Below are positions 63,555-64,000 of a stretch of 64,000 nucleotides of DNA, piece by piece. Made by a program: the position numbers and the translations under genes. The DNA is from Candidatus Parcubacteria bacterium (GTDB lineage: Bacteria > Patescibacteriota > Patescibacteriia > Patescibacteriales > UBA12465), in NCBI GenBank assembly GCA_023444045.1, contig JAEZRQ010000001.1, forward strand, positions 66,000-129,999. Reading direction: 5' to 3'. The notes beneath the pieces are model-generated. The model had not been told where the DNA came from, made no database searches, and saw only the letters and a program-made list of their open reading frames with translations. Numbering within the stretch: the first letter of the stretch is position 1; every line of letters begins with the position of its first letter.

Positions 63555-64000
63555 GAGAATCTCAACAAGAGTATACGGTGGATGCCTTGACATAAAAAGA
63601 CGATGAAGGACGTAGCAGCCTGCGATAAGCTGCGGTGAGGTGGCAAGCAACCTTTGACCCGCAGATGTCCGAATGGGGGAACCCGCCACGTTGAAAACGT
63701 GGAGAGCTCTGACTTTGAGTCGGAGCTAGAAGACCTGGTGAACTGAAACATCTTAGTAACCAGAGGAAAAGAAAATAATAATCATTCCCTAAGTAGTGGC
63801 GAGCGAAAGGGGAGGAGCCTAAATCTATCAAACTGCGAATTTAAACCAATTTATTGGCAAGAATTTTGAAGGATCCAAGTCCATATGTTTCATAGACGTT
63901 GCAAGAGATGGCGTTTGTCCCTTGGGTTGGACAAGACGAAGTCATAAAAGAGAATTTTTAATTGAATGAGCTGGAAAGCTCAGCCAGAGCGGGTGATAGC
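63555..64000 (+). rRNA. rrl: 23S rRNA, 5' portion (runs off the window)
   Basis: ACGGTGGATGCCTTG, GATGAAGGACGT, CCGAATGGGG, GTGAACTGAAACATCT, AGTAGTGGCGAGCGAA and CTGGAAAG..GGTGATAGC match conserved 23S domain I strings. The 5' boundary is approximate. Confidence 0.9.

Noticed and set aside
63521-63831. Two minus-strand ORFs (76 and 89 aa) near the window end.
   Set aside because: They lie antisense within, or overlapping the 5' boundary of, the 23S rRNA gene, which is identified by multiple conserved domain I strings.
63831-63965. An apparent extra ~75-120 nt in 23S domain I, between AGCGAAAGGGGAGGAGCC and CTGGAAAG, considered as an intron or insertion.
   Set aside because: This is a known length-variable region; it is short in E. 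coli and longer in Firmicutes. There is no ORF and there are no intron hallmarks. It cannot be judged without an alignment and the rest of the gene.
1-64000. Alternative genetic code (UGA recoding, as in some CPR lineages).
   Set aside because: Several well-supported genes end at TGA (e.g. 7543 and 30297), and housekeeping ORFs are intact under code 11.

Overview
This is a 64-kb window from a low-GC, gene-dense bacterial genome that uses the standard code (TGA terminates several clear ORFs). I infer a Candidate Phyla Radiation / Patescibacteria-type organism, but this is not proven. The grounds are a compact housekeeping set, an H+-pyrophosphatase, PilT, a T4SS-pilin-like protein, an Elp3 homologue, many orphan membrane proteins, and a 23S rRNA gene with no 16S upstream.

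Core content, about 8.8-64 kb:
- Metabolism and repair: glyA-folD-recQ, trxA, a phosphohexomutase.
- Transcription, translation and RNA processing: nusA, nusB, rnc, RNase J, infC-rpmI-rplT-secG, rpsA, rpmF.
- Protein folding and quality control: tig, ftsH, and smpB abutting ssrA (tmRNA).
- RNA genes: tRNA-Leu(UAA), a tandem tRNA-Gly(GCC)/tRNA-Gly(UCC) pair, and the 5' part of 23S rRNA at the window end.
- Other: hppA and pilT.

Accessory or unusual content:
1. 272-6306 holds seven same-strand genes with no recognisable terminator until 6371. The first three look like an ABC-three-component (ABC-3C) conflict system: a SMEK-like protein, a small middle component, and a coiled-coil ABC ATPase. 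The next four are tightly coupled unknowns, including a DUF4236 membrane protein and a helical protein with an Rx6H (HEPN-like) motif. I rank this four-gene extension as the best candidate for an undescribed system.
2. 6315-8542 is a run of small membrane-protein cassettes. They are bounded by a repeated two-hairpin element of about 113 nt.
3. 16787-19751 is an orphan gene block. Its divergent control region contains a triplicated 13-mer.
4. 44916-48001 encodes two adjacent Fibrobacter-type (FISUMP) surface proteins. The first looks GC-richer than its surroundings.
5. 49939-51885 encodes a split TPP decarboxylase of the sulfopyruvate/phosphonopyruvate type plus a methyltransferase. No PEP mutase is nearby.
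6. 51998-58555 is a translationally coupled ECF-type sigma factor, a 1700-aa membrane-anchored alpha-2-macroglobulin-like protein with no thioester motif, and a membrane-anchored Memo-like protein.

All family assignments come from motifs read by eye and from memory of the families. No database search was run.
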